Of a stretch of DNA of 64,000 bases, positions 1 to 8,923 are shown piece by piece (the first letter of the stretch is position 1; the number at the start of each line of letters is the position of its first letter). The notes beneath the pieces are model-generated. The model made no database searches. It was not told where the DNA came from and saw nothing but the letters and a program-made list of their open reading frames with translations. Origin of the DNA: Candidatus Altimarinota bacterium (GTDB lineage Bacteria; Patescibacteriota; Gracilibacteria; CAIRYL01); the NCBI GenBank assembly GCA_965250085.1, contig OZ252287.1, positions 800,001 through 864,000 on the forward strand, read 5' to 3'. A program made the position numbers and the translations under genes.

Positions 1-933
1 GAATATCATGCTTTTAATTTAGAAGCCTTTGGTAGAATAGCAATCGGTATAGGAGAAGTCCCAGAATATCGCAAGGCAGAAGAAGTGGTAATAACTGCAA
101 TGGAAAAGAAAAAAATACAAATAGAGAGACAAGGAAAAGTGGAGACTGAAGCAGAATCAGCAGGAGAGGCAAAAGAAAGAATAAAAAAAATAGATTTACA
201 AAAAGATGCAGACTTTATCCGTAATCAAGAGTTTATTGAGACAAATAACATATCTGTGCGACGGGAATCTGTATCAATAGAAGGAAAACCGGTCTACATT
301 CATGTCTTTGAAAAGTCAGGTCATAATAACAAGCGAAATTTTATTGTAGTACACGATACAGAAAATACGGCCTTTGATACTGCACTTCAAGCCATCAACG
401 ATGGAGGGAAAGTTATTGCTCTTGAGTCAAATGAAGGAAGACATATTATTGGCACTAATATAGAACCTAATAGAGTATTTCTCGATGGTGGCAAATATGC
501 CGCACTTGGGGAAAAAATGACCGAACTCTTGGGAACAAAAGGTCGCATTATTGCTCTCCACAATAACTATGATGGTGTTAATGGACAAGAAAAAGAAGGA
601 AAGGGGAATTGGGATATTGAACAACTTAAAAATAATGGATATAAAAATATAAAAATTTTCCGAATCCCAGGTGAAGATACGGATAATGCTGTTTGGATGT
701 CATCCTCTGTACCATATGAAGAAAGTGAAAAAGGGAGACGGGAAGTGCAATGGTTTTTAAAAAACCAAATGAATGTAGTATACGAATACGTACCAAAAAA
801 TAACCCGAATGACACATCTCTTGCCAATTGGGCCGCCATTAATGATCGAGAATACTATAATGTGGAGATCCAACATGGCAATGCTGAGGCGCAAAAGAGA
901 TATCTGGATGCAGTACTAGAAAAAGACTTGTAA
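1..933 (+). CDS. Hypothetical protein (5'-partial) with a C-terminal M14-like Zn-carboxypeptidase/deacylase-type domain
   Basis: Frame is open from base 1 to TAA at 933. Motifs HDTE (HxxE), PNR, ALHNN and NVE occur in the order typical of M14-fold enzymes. Confidence 0.5.
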   Translation, partial: EYHAFNLEAFGRIAIGIGEVPEYRKAEEVVITAMEKKKIQIERQGKVETEAESAGEAKERIKKIDLQKDADFIRNQEFIETNNISVRRESVSIEGKPVYIHVFEKSGHNNKRNFIVVHDTENTAFDTALQAINDGGKVIALESNEGRHIIGTNIEPNRVFLDGGKYAALGEKMTELLGTKGRIIALHNNYDGVNGQEKEGKGNWDIEQLKNNGYKNIKIFRIPGEDTDNAVWMSSSVPYEESEKGRREVQWFLKNQMNVVYEYVPKNNPNDTSLANWAAINDREYYNVEIQHGNAEAQKRYLDAVLEKDL

Positions 934-1004
934 GGACTGAAGGTATGATGCATTAAGCAGTTCTTTTGCTTCATATTTTTACCGCTTTGACAAGATGAGA
1001 GGTC

Positions 1005-1033
1005 TTGAGAAAAACCCTCTTTTTTGGTATAAT
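1005..1033 (+). promoter_or_regulatory. sigma70-type promoter
   Basis: TTGAGA-17 bp-TATAAT with extended TG, 40 bp upstream of the 1238-aa ORF. Confidence 0.6.
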
Positions 1034-1073
1034 GGTAGGATACATTTATACAAAATAAAAAAAAATATTTCAC

Positions 1074-4000
1074 GTGGAAGTTCTCCCATCTCTCCTTAGT
1101 CGGCATGCGTTTCAAAGATTCCCTATAAAAGAGGGGTATTTTGAGAATCGCAGAGTGTTTCAGGCTGCAGAAGCAAGTCCTGAAGCAGCTTCAGTTGACT
1201 TGCCATCAGATCCAAAAGAAATACAAACACCATCAGAAATGGCGGAGTATCTGGAGAATAAGATGGATGAACTTGGTACCTTGGAAGCAAGGAAAAAATA
1301 TTTTCAAGATCTTGCCGCTAGTGAAGTACAGCATGTTTCCAAAGTTTTAGGTCCGGATGAATTGAGGAACACATTTGTCATCGCAGGTCTCTCTGAGATC
1401 AAAATCGATAAAGATGAGATACACCAGCTTGTGTCTGAGCAATCCACCAAGAATGTAAGTATCATCAGGTCTTTGATTATGAACGAATCTGGAGGACATC
1501 TCTTTGCCGTATCTCCAAAAGAGGCATTAGGTCTTGCACAAATGATGCCATCAAATTATGCAGATAGATGGGAATTTAATCCTTTTGTTCCAGAAACAGC
1601 AGTCCAGTACGCGGTAGAATATTTGAAAGAAGCGGAGAAAGACTTTCTTGCTTCTGAACTCAATCAAGCAAATCATCTCTTGGCAACAATAGCATCATAT
1701 AATGCTGGAGTATCAAGGGTGAAAGAAGCAATTGAGAACGCCCAGAAGAAAGGCGATATAAGTGGCTTTCGAAAACATCTTTCAAAAGAAACTCAAGAGT
1801 TTATAAAGGGTGTGCTTACTTTTAGTGATGTGTCCCTAGAAAACATGGAATTATCCGAAGAGGAGAAGAATGTTATGCAAGATGCAAGAGGATACTCGGG
1901 AGATATGCTCGAAAAGATTAAGGCTTGGTGGAGAGGTCTTGAGGATATCCCCGTGCCGGCGTGGATGGATCCAGAAAATTACCATCAGCAATGGCCTCTC
2001 AGAGAAAATTCAAAAAAAACAAAAGAATATCTCAAAAAACGATCAGAGGCAGGGAAGCTTGAAAAATTAAAAAGTAAAATGGATGTAGAGGAAGTGAGAG
2101 GCGAAACCAAGTCAGAGCTTGAGCAGGCAAGGGAGGCATTTGAGCAGCAAGAAAAGGTAAAAAGCACGGTAGAAATGAGCTGGCACAATGCTTATATGAA
2201 CTACCGTGACTCTCTTTTACCAGAAAAAAGAAGTGAATGGGTGGGAGGGAAGGATCCGCATCCAGAATATTTCGCCGGTAATCCCGACGAGCAATCTGTC
2301 TGGTTTGATACAGATGGCAGCCTTAATCATGGAGTATTAACAAGTGTACTGGATGAAATTATTCCTCCAAAAGGATCTATAGTGATAGATCTAAACGGAA
2401 CAAAACAATTCATTCCAGGTACTGCACTTCTGAGAATGTTGTATTTGAGTAATGAGGAAGCAAAAGATGGAAAGATACTTGAAGCGGAAGGAATTCAAAA
2501 AGGCTTCACCCATGAGACCGCTCTGGGGTGGGTTGAGGGATTAGAAAAATATATTTACGATCAGGAAAAGAAAAATGGAATCCAGGCGAATACACGAAGT
2601 GCTATGGAGGAGGCTAATATTGATTTGAATAAACTCAGTAATGGACTTGGGGACTTTGGCTCAGGACTTGTAGAAAAACTCATAGATGGAGATGCAACCG
2701 ACAAAGCAGAAGTTGCTGTCTTTGCCTTTGCACTCTGGAAGCTTTATAAGTCTTCTGCCGATTCAGTAAAAAATCTTATGTGGGGAGGACTGGGACTGTA
2801 TGTATTTGACAAAGTGCAGGCCGAACATACCGATCTCTTTGGGGGGCAGAGAATACTCGATATGATTGCCGGAGGGCAGATTGCTGATATCCGCGAAACG
2901 CCACTGGCCGCATTCCTCCATTCGGAAAAGAAAACAAGTGATATGGAAAAAAAAGCAGGACTGGTAATGCTGGAAGTTCCCATTGACTGCCTCTTAGATT
3001 GGGCAGGAAATGTGGAAGCAGCACCAGAGCCAGATCTGTTTGCTGATAGTGAACGACCAAAAGCTTTGTACTATGACACGATGCCCGGTATGCTCAAAGC
3101 AAATTTTCACCAGCTGTTTCCAGAATACAAAACACAGAATGACTTCCAAGCGGCAGAAACCATGTGGCAAGTGTTTGAAGCATTCCTCCTGAGTTCTGCC
3201 AAAAAAGCAAATGCCTTTGATAACAACATCGAAGTCACTCGCGCGCAGGGTCTGGATTACCTGAGGGCAAAATATACGGGCGACAAGATCTCTGGAGAAT
3301 TTGAACAATACAGAGACCACATTGGCCGACTGCATACACAATATGCTACAAAATCACCAACGTTCTCTCGGGTACTCGAACATGAAATCACCAGACGCGA
3401 AATTCAGAAAACTATTGCTGAAAATCAGACACTATTAGAAAAAGTTATTTCTTTTGGAAAAGAGCAGTGGATCAACTGGGTTCCTCTTTTAGAAGGCACG
3501 TGGGATTGGTCACTCGAACAATTGGGACTCGCCATGACATGGCTTGAAGACACCGGATTCCCAAAATCAGAAGAGTTTATCCGCAAACTCGCGGCAACTG
3601 GATGGCGCATCAGTAAAGATGGCTATAATCGTGTAGAAGGAGCTGTGACTGGATTTTTTGGAAAGGAGGAAGTGCAAGTGACTCTTCAAAAAATTGGAAA
3701 AGGTGCAAAATGGGCGATTATTGCTCCGTTTAAACTAGGAGCATGGACCATAGAAACAGTACAAGAAAAAATTCCAGATGCTCTTGAAAAGGTAGGCCAT
3801 GTGACAGCTTGGGCAGGGGGGATGTTTGAAGGTGCATTTGACCTTGGAGAGAGAGGTAATGAACTTATTTCTATATCAAGTGGAGAAGATATCCTTGCAG
3901 TTTTGAGAGACTCCGGAATGGCCAATGATGTAATGGCTTCATTTGGTCTAATACGAGAAAACGATCTTAAAAATTTATGTGATGCTATTTTTGATCAAAA

Positions 4001-4790
4001 AGGATCATGGATGAAAAAGATTTTACAACAAAAAATTATTCGTGAATCCGCATTACAAAGAGATTGGCCACTTGCAGAAAATCCAGAAAAAACGGGGAAA
4101 ATTCAAATTGAAGATGCGAACAATATGAAGCTTCCCAGAAAATTAATACCCCAGTTTTTCTTTTTGAATATTCCTGGATTGGGAGCTTTGCAATGGACAG
4201 CAGACAAAGGAACTGCAGGAGTTCAAGGATTGTTTGATGGTTTAAAAATGGTTGGAAAAGTGGCTTCCTTAGGAAGGAATTTTGCAGAAGGTCCACTTTG
4301 GAGTGGCATAGAGGCTGTGTCTCCCGACACATCTCCAAATATACAATCTATAGAAGCCATGTCATATATTGAAAATCTCATTGACGAGAAATTTGATAGT
4401 GCTTCTGATGAAGATCCTATTAGTGTTTGGAGAGCAAAACATGTCAACCAGCTCTTGATTCAAGTCCTAGAACAATTCTCAGGTCCACAGAGTGAAACAT
4501 CTACAGTTCAAGAACAATTCACGGCAAGACTTGTTCGTGAGAAGCCTTCGTGGGTTTTAAATGGACTTGGTAAAAGTCCATCAAAACAGAAGGTAAAAAA
4601 CAAAATACAAGACGCTCTACAAGAGATAGACAGTGATGATATTCTTGGACGTGATGAAGACCTCTCTGACAAATTAGATGATCTGGGTCTAATGCCTAGT
4701 GGAGGTGAAGAAGATGAAAACGGAAGTGGGAGTAATGGTGGTGGACGTGGATGGCTTCGCAAAACTCTTGATTGGTTACGGCGTGGATAA
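1074..4790 (+). CDS. Large protein with an N-terminal lytic transglycosylase (SLT) domain and a long uncharacterised helical remainder
   Basis: SLT motifs IMNESGG, ALGLAQMMP and ASYNAG in aa ~135-215; 1238-aa ORF. Confidence 0.75.
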   Translation: MEVLPSLLSRHAFQRFPIKEGYFENRRVFQAAEASPEAASVDLPSDPKEIQTPSEMAEYLENKMDELGTLEARKKYFQDLAASEVQHVSKVLGPDELRNTFVIAGLSEIKIDKDEIHQLVSEQSTKNVSIIRSLIMNESGGHLFAVSPKEALGLAQMMPSNYADRWEFNPFVPETAVQYAVEYLKEAEKDFLASELNQANHLLATIASYNAGVSRVKEAIENAQKKGDISGFRKHLSKETQEFIKGVLTFSDVSLENMELSEEEKNVMQDARGYSGDMLEKIKAWWRGLEDIPVPAWMDPENYHQQWPLRENSKKTKEYLKKRSEAGKLEKLKSKMDVEEVRGETKSELEQAREAFEQQEKVKSTVEMSWHNAYMNYRDSLLPEKRSEWVGGKDPHPEYFAGNPDEQSVWFDTDGSLNHGVLTSVLDEIIPPKGSIVIDLNGTKQFIPGTALLRMLYLSNEEAKDGKILEAEGIQKGFTHETALGWVEGLEKYIYDQEKKNGIQANTRSAMEEANIDLNKLSNGLGDFGSGLVEKLIDGDATDKAEVAVFAFALWKLYKSSADSVKNLMWGGLGLYVFDKVQAEHTDLFGGQRILDMIAGGQIADIRETPLAAFLHSEKKTSDMEKKAGLVMLEVPIDCLLDWAGNVEAAPEPDLFADSERPKALYYDTMPGMLKANFHQLFPEYKTQNDFQAAETMWQVFEAFLLSSAKKANAFDNNIEVTRAQGLDYLRAKYTGDKISGEFEQYRDHIGRLHTQYATKSPTFSRVLEHEITRREIQKTIAENQTLLEKVISFGKEQWINWVPLLEGTWDWSLEQLGLAMTWLEDTGFPKSEEFIRKLAATGWRISKDGYNRVEGAVTGFFGKEEVQVTLQKIGKGAKWAIIAPFKLGAWTIETVQEKIPDALEKVGHVTAWAGGMFEGAFDLGERGNELISISSGEDILAVLRDSGMANDVMASFGLIRENDLKNLCDAIFDQKGSWMKKILQQKIIRESALQRDWPLAENPEKTGKIQIEDANNMKLPRKLIPQFFFLNIPGLGALQWTADKGTAGVQGLFDGLKMVGKVASLGRNFAEGPLWSGIEAVSPDTSPNIQSIEAMSYIENLIDEKFDSASDEDPISVWRAKHVNQLLIQVLEQFSGPQSETSTVQEQFTARLVREKPSWVLNGLGKSPSKQKVKNKIQDALQEIDSDDILGRDEDLSDKLDDLGLMPSGGEEDENGSGSNGGGRGWLRKTLDWLRRG

Positions 4791-4825
4791 AGAACCTATT
4801 TTAAACCTCTTCCTAAAATATTTTT

Positions 4826-6232
4826 ATGACTGAAGACTGGAGAAATGACCAAGGCTTATGGGGAGAAAATACTCCTATATCGTCTGATGAAATTCTTGAC
4901 GAAGATACTTCTGAAGATCTCTCAGAGACATTCCTCAAGACCTCTTTCGGTGATCCTGATTATCCAAATCCAGATACCCCCCCTGTTCCAAGTGAGACCG
5001 CGGAAATTCCTGCTATGGATCCTGAAATTGAAGATATTTTAAACGATACCAGGCAAAAAATTTCGATTTTACAAGTAATAAAAAACTTTAAACCAGAGAT
5101 GTACGGAGCACTTACTTATTTGGGAGTAAATGCATTGGTTCCATTTGGAGGAGTTATTGCTGGTGTGCCACTTGGTCTCGCAGTATGGAACTATCAAAAG
5201 GCAAAAAAACGCGCGGAAGAAGCTGGAGACGACTCTGTTATGGGGATTCGAAAATTAACCAATACTCTTGTCTACAGTGCTATTGGGGCGGTAATTCCGG
5301 GAACAGATTGGATTTGGGGGGGGGCAGGAGGAGCAATACTGAGTACCGGCATTCAAGAGACAAAGCATCATTTGGGTTCTGCAAAGCATGAAAAAAATAT
5401 GCAAATAGTAAATGTGCAAAAAAGTTTTCCAAAAGCAATAAAGCATTTTACCAGCGACTCTGGCAGAACCGTGATCCAAATATTGGATGAATCCTTTCCT
5501 ATGCCTGATGGCATAGAGGAAAATGAAGAAATTGAGATTGTCTGGAGCCATATACTGCAACAAGCTGAAGGACAGGGTGTCTCCTCTCCTCATCTAGAAA
5601 AAAAACTACAAGAGATAGAAAAAAAATGTAAAAAGCTTGAACGATGGTGGACTACTATACCCCAAGAAAAACAATCAGAAATTGTCCATCCGCTCCTCCA
5701 AACGGACGAAGCAAAAGATTTTCTCTGGGAAAAACTCTCAGAAGAGAAAAAGAGGAGAATTATAGCCAGAGGACCTCGCATAGATAGTCCCGACAGTCTT
5801 GCGGTATGGAAAACTATTGCTTCTTCAAAAGGTACGAGTGATGCCCAAAAGCAAGAAGCTATGGGCGAACTACGAAAAATCTTAAATGGAGGAGGACGGA
5901 CAGAAGAAACAAGAGAAGTAACCGAAGGTGATTTTATGAGAAATTGCTCTGATGCAGTTGCACTCCAAACCTTTCAGAATAATCCAAGGTTAAAAGCTCT
6001 GTTCTTGACAGGGCAATTAGAAAATGTAATATTGGAAATCCATGATAACTCTGACAAGGAAGGTCTTAATAAAAATGGCTTCATGGATATTTTAAAACGA
6101 TATGGAATTAATATGGCAAGTGATGCTGTAAAGAATCCAGTGGGATTAAAAAACCCTATAACTTGGCTTATAAATCTAGGTGAAACTTTTTTGGAGGAGT
6201 GGCGAGATAAGGACAGTAGCAAAGGAGAATAA
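4826..6232 (+). CDS. Hypothetical protein with acidic N-terminus and Gly-rich hydrophobic helices
   Basis: 468-aa ORF, co-oriented and closely spaced with its neighbours. Confidence 0.7.
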   Translation: MTEDWRNDQGLWGENTPISSDEILDEDTSEDLSETFLKTSFGDPDYPNPDTPPVPSETAEIPAMDPEIEDILNDTRQKISILQVIKNFKPEMYGALTYLGVNALVPFGGVIAGVPLGLAVWNYQKAKKRAEEAGDDSVMGIRKLTNTLVYSAIGAVIPGTDWIWGGAGGAILSTGIQETKHHLGSAKHEKNMQIVNVQKSFPKAIKHFTSDSGRTVIQILDESFPMPDGIEENEEIEIVWSHILQQAEGQGVSSPHLEKKLQEIEKKCKKLERWWTTIPQEKQSEIVHPLLQTDEAKDFLWEKLSEEKKRRIIARGPRIDSPDSLAVWKTIASSKGTSDAQKQEAMGELRKILNGGGRTEETREVTEGDFMRNCSDAVALQTFQNNPRLKALFLTGQLENVILEIHDNSDKEGLNKNGFMDILKRYGINMASDAVKNPVGLKNPITWLINLGETFLEEWRDKDSSKGE

Positions 6233-6272
6233 TTTCTAATGATAAGTACCTTTTTCACATATAAAAAATACT

Positions 6273-7178
6273 ATGTCTTTCATTCAAAATTTTTCAATAA
6301 ATGGCTCTTCCCATCAAAAAATATTTCGAAACAGAAATAATATTCCTGCAGAAAATAATGTGCCACAGCCTACATCTTCAAATTTTCCTGACAGACTCCA
6401 CAACGTTTTTTCTGCTCCTCAGGGATTTTGGAGTACCGTCGCATGGCCGGTAGTAACTTCTTGGAAATTTTTGGGCTTCACAGCTGCAGAAGCTTTTGGG
6501 AAAATTCCATCCGCTGTTATGGGTACAGTTAATGCAACGCGTTGGAGCATTGGAAATATATTTGGCTCTCAAAAAACAGGGACGGAAGGGTTAGTGCCAA
6601 ATGTAGCCAAAAGAGGCTACAGGTTTATAAAGCGGGGCACGTGGGATGCCGCGGGAGCACCAGTAGTGAATGCTACAAGAGCAACAGCGTATAATGCTCT
6701 CAACTGGGCAGCACATGTCCCCGCAGATGTTCTGAAACTTCCCAAAGCCGCTTTTGGGGCGTTTGAGGGCATACGACTCAAGCTTATTCATATACTAGGT
6801 GATGTAGTTGAACCCGTATTTAAGGCGTTAAAAATGAATAAAATAATTGATTATACCGATCGAGTTGGGATACTCGCAAATGACTATGGCAAGGCTATTC
6901 TCGATCCATTTCGAAACACAGCATCCGCACTTGGAAGGGAGTATGACATTGCCTTCGACGCTGTACTTGATGCTCCTCGTGGGCTTACAACGGCATATAC
7001 AGGAGCTATACATGAACCCTGGACTTCAGGTGTCAATGACTCATTTAGAAAAGTCGCTAATGAGCCTGATATCTTTGCGGCAATGGGTGCCAGTAGAGAT
7101 ACAATGAATGGATGGCTGAAGACATTCCTTCGTCCAAAGCACCTCCGTGGAGGAGATATGGAAATGGCGGCAGTATAA
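6273..7178 (+). CDS. Hypothetical protein (amphipathic helical)
   Basis: 301-aa ORF, last of the co-oriented cluster. Confidence 0.7.
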   Translation: MSFIQNFSINGSSHQKIFRNRNNIPAENNVPQPTSSNFPDRLHNVFSAPQGFWSTVAWPVVTSWKFLGFTAAEAFGKIPSAVMGTVNATRWSIGNIFGSQKTGTEGLVPNVAKRGYRFIKRGTWDAAGAPVVNATRATAYNALNWAAHVPADVLKLPKAAFGAFEGIRLKLIHILGDVVEPVFKALKMNKIIDYTDRVGILANDYGKAILDPFRNTASALGREYDIAFDAVLDAPRGLTTAYTGAIHEPWTSGVNDSFRKVANEPDIFAAMGASRDTMNGWLKTFLRPKHLRGGDMEMAAV

Positions 7179-7188
7179 TGTATCATAG

Positions 7189-7352
7189 AAACCCACTCGG
7201 ACCTCCCTCCTGTCTGTTGACAGACATGGCTCAAGGGAGAAGCTTTTTTACTCAAATCGAACTATTGGCACAAAGTATAACCTTTAGCTCTTTTCTTTGC
7301 GTTTCTTTTAAGTTCTTTCACTCAAAACGGACTTTTTCCATATCTCATCACG
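7189..7352. repeat. Degenerate copy A of pheT 3' end plus downstream hairpin
   Basis: AAACCCAC..CCTCCCT..AAGGGA..TCAAATCGAAC..TTGGCAC..ATCTCATCACG is colinear with 8861-8995. Confidence 0.8.
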
Positions 7353-7503
7353 CCCCAAAGTGGCCCCTTTGGAGTTCTGCATCCGAGAAGGTTCTGTTTG
7401 GAGTAAAGAAATCATAAAAATAGAAATGGTACTTGCTTTCGCATCATTATTTATGATATGATTTTATCACACTATATTTTCATATTATTTTATAATATAT
7501 ACC

Positions 7504-7728
7504 ATGAGTACCCTCTCTGTCCCCCTCAATGCTGAATTGGAAGAAGCAATCGACATTCTTGTGAAGAATGGTGTAGGACCCAATAAAGCTGCTGTTGCCC
7601 GAAAGGCAATTCAAATTCTCGCAGAAGAGAACGCAATTGAAGCAGTGCTGCAGAGCGAAAGAGAAGTGCGGTCTGAAAAAATTCTCAAAGGAGACTTGAA
7701 GGAAATTTCCTGCGCTCTTTCTTCTTAA
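7504..7728 (+). CDS. Ribbon-helix-helix antitoxin
   Basis: 74 aa with RHH pattern STLSVPLNAELEEAIDILV..NKAAVARKAI; immediately upstream of the toxin. Confidence 0.75.
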   Translation: MSTLSVPLNAELEEAIDILVKNGVGPNKAAVARKAIQILAEENAIEAVLQSEREVRSEKILKGDLKEISCALSS

Positions 7729-7730
7729 AA

Positions 7731-7994
7731 ATGATTTCGATCTGCTATACACCCACATTTATACGACAGTATAAAAAATTGGAGCCTGCCTTACAGGACG
7801 AAGTGTATGAAAAGATTCAGGTCTTTCAAAATGACCCTGCTCATTCTTCTCTCAAAACACATAAACTCAAAGGAAGACTTAAAGGGCGATGGAGTTTTTC
7901 GGTAAATTATAAAACACGTATTGTGTTTATGTATTCTTTGAAAAAAACAGCTGTCTTGCTGGCTGTCGGAGACCATGATGTGTATAAGAAGTAG
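7731..7994 (+). CDS. RelE-superfamily (YafQ/HigB-like) mRNA interferase toxin
   Basis: 87 aa basic; YTPTFIRQYKKL, HKLKGRLKGRWSFSVNYKTRIVF, VGDHDVY. Confidence 0.85.
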   Translation: MISICYTPTFIRQYKKLEPALQDEVYEKIQVFQNDPAHSSLKTHKLKGRLKGRWSFSVNYKTRIVFMYSLKKTAVLLAVGDHDVYKK

Positions 7995-8009
7995 ATTTAC
8001 ATATCATAT

Positions 8010-8170
8010 AAACCCACCCAGCCTCCCTTTCCAAGGGATGAATTTTATTTTTCAAATCGAACGGTTGGCACAAAGTGCAACCACAAGGTGGGAACTTCTC
8101 GTCCCCTTTGGCTCTCCTCTATATTTTTTTGCTTTCTATTCAAAACGGACTTTTCCCCATATCTCATCAC
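8010..8170. repeat. Degenerate copy B of pheT 3' end plus downstream hairpin
   Basis: TTTTATTTTTTCAAATCGAACGGTTGGCAC vs pheT TTTTATTTCTCAAATCGAACGGTTGCAC; the minus strand still encodes TVRFEK-stop. Confidence 0.85.
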
Positions 8171-8292
8171 CAGAAAAAAAGGGGGTATACTTTTTCTATT
8201 ACTGCCATATACGCTTTGGAGCGATGCTGTATTGCAAATGATCAAATATTACAACCTGCAAAACTCAAACAGATCATGAGAGACACCTGCTA

Positions 8293-8562
8293 TTATTGAA
8301 AAAACACTTTGTATGCCCTTGAGCGATGTCTAATGCCGAAGATTTGAACTGTTCTTCCTTGAATTATATAGAGCACACGATAGTTCCCAACCCTTAAGCT
8401 TCTTGCGCCCGAAAGAGTATACTTAAGGGGCTTCCCAAATACTTTTGGATTTCTAGTAAGCTTTTTATCAATAACGGCTAGTATTATTTTTGCATTTGTT
8501 TTCGAAAGCCTTGGGATATCAGTTTTTCCTACAGCTCTTGCGTATTTAATTTTATATTTCAT
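8293..8562 (-). CDS. RelE/ParE-family toxin
   Basis: GKPLKYTLSGARSLRVGNYRVLY..IRHRSRAY; ATGA overlap with the antitoxin stop. Confidence 0.85.
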   Translation of the reverse strand: MKYKIKYARAVGKTDIPRLSKTNAKIILAVIDKKLTRNPKVFGKPLKYTLSGARSLRVGNYRVLYIIQGRTVQIFGIRHRSRAYKVFFQ

Positions 8563-8780
8563 GACCAAGCTTCTTCATGAGAGATAAACCCTTTGTTGTT
8601 TGCTATTCTTTCATCAACCAACTGGCTAAAATATATATCCTCTTGCAGTTCAATAGCTTCTTTGAGCAGCTCCACAGCTTTTGTAGAGAGAGGCATCTCA
8701 TCTTTTTTTGCGAGCTGGATAAGAGCTTCTTCCATCCATTTTGGAAGACTGAGATTTAGACGTTTTTTAGTAGTAGGCAT
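8559..8780 (-). CDS. Antitoxin (RHH-type, acidic C-terminus)
   Basis: MPTTKKRLNLSL... ending FISHEEAWS; translationally coupled to the toxin. Confidence 0.8.
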   Translation of the reverse strand: MPTTKKRLNLSLPKWMEEALIQLAKKDEMPLSTKAVELLKEAIELQEDIYFSQLVDERIANNKGFISHEEAWS

Positions 8781-8796
8781 AGAAACTTAATAAAAG

Positions 8797-8835
8797 TGTA
8801 ACACCATTGTAACACCTTTTCCCAGGAAATATCAA
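8797..8835 (-). promoter_or_regulatory. TA promoter with direct-repeat operator
   Basis: Minus strand TTGATA-18 bp-TACAAT; TGTAACACC repeated at 8797 and 8808, overlapping the -10. Confidence 0.5.
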
Positions 8836-8923
8836 GATATTTTTGTGCAATCCACCACACAAACCCACCTCGCCTTCGGATTCGTCTGAGCTCATCGTCG
8901 AAGACCTTTTTAAGGGAAAGATT

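Noticed and set aside
1074-4790. Prophage tape-measure protein
   Set aside because: It has an SLT domain and is long, but no capsid, terminase, tail or integrase genes are recognisable in the window.
8045-8245. 66-aa ORF ending TVRFEK as a real gene
   Set aside because: It is explained as the displaced pheT 3' fragment within repeat copy B.
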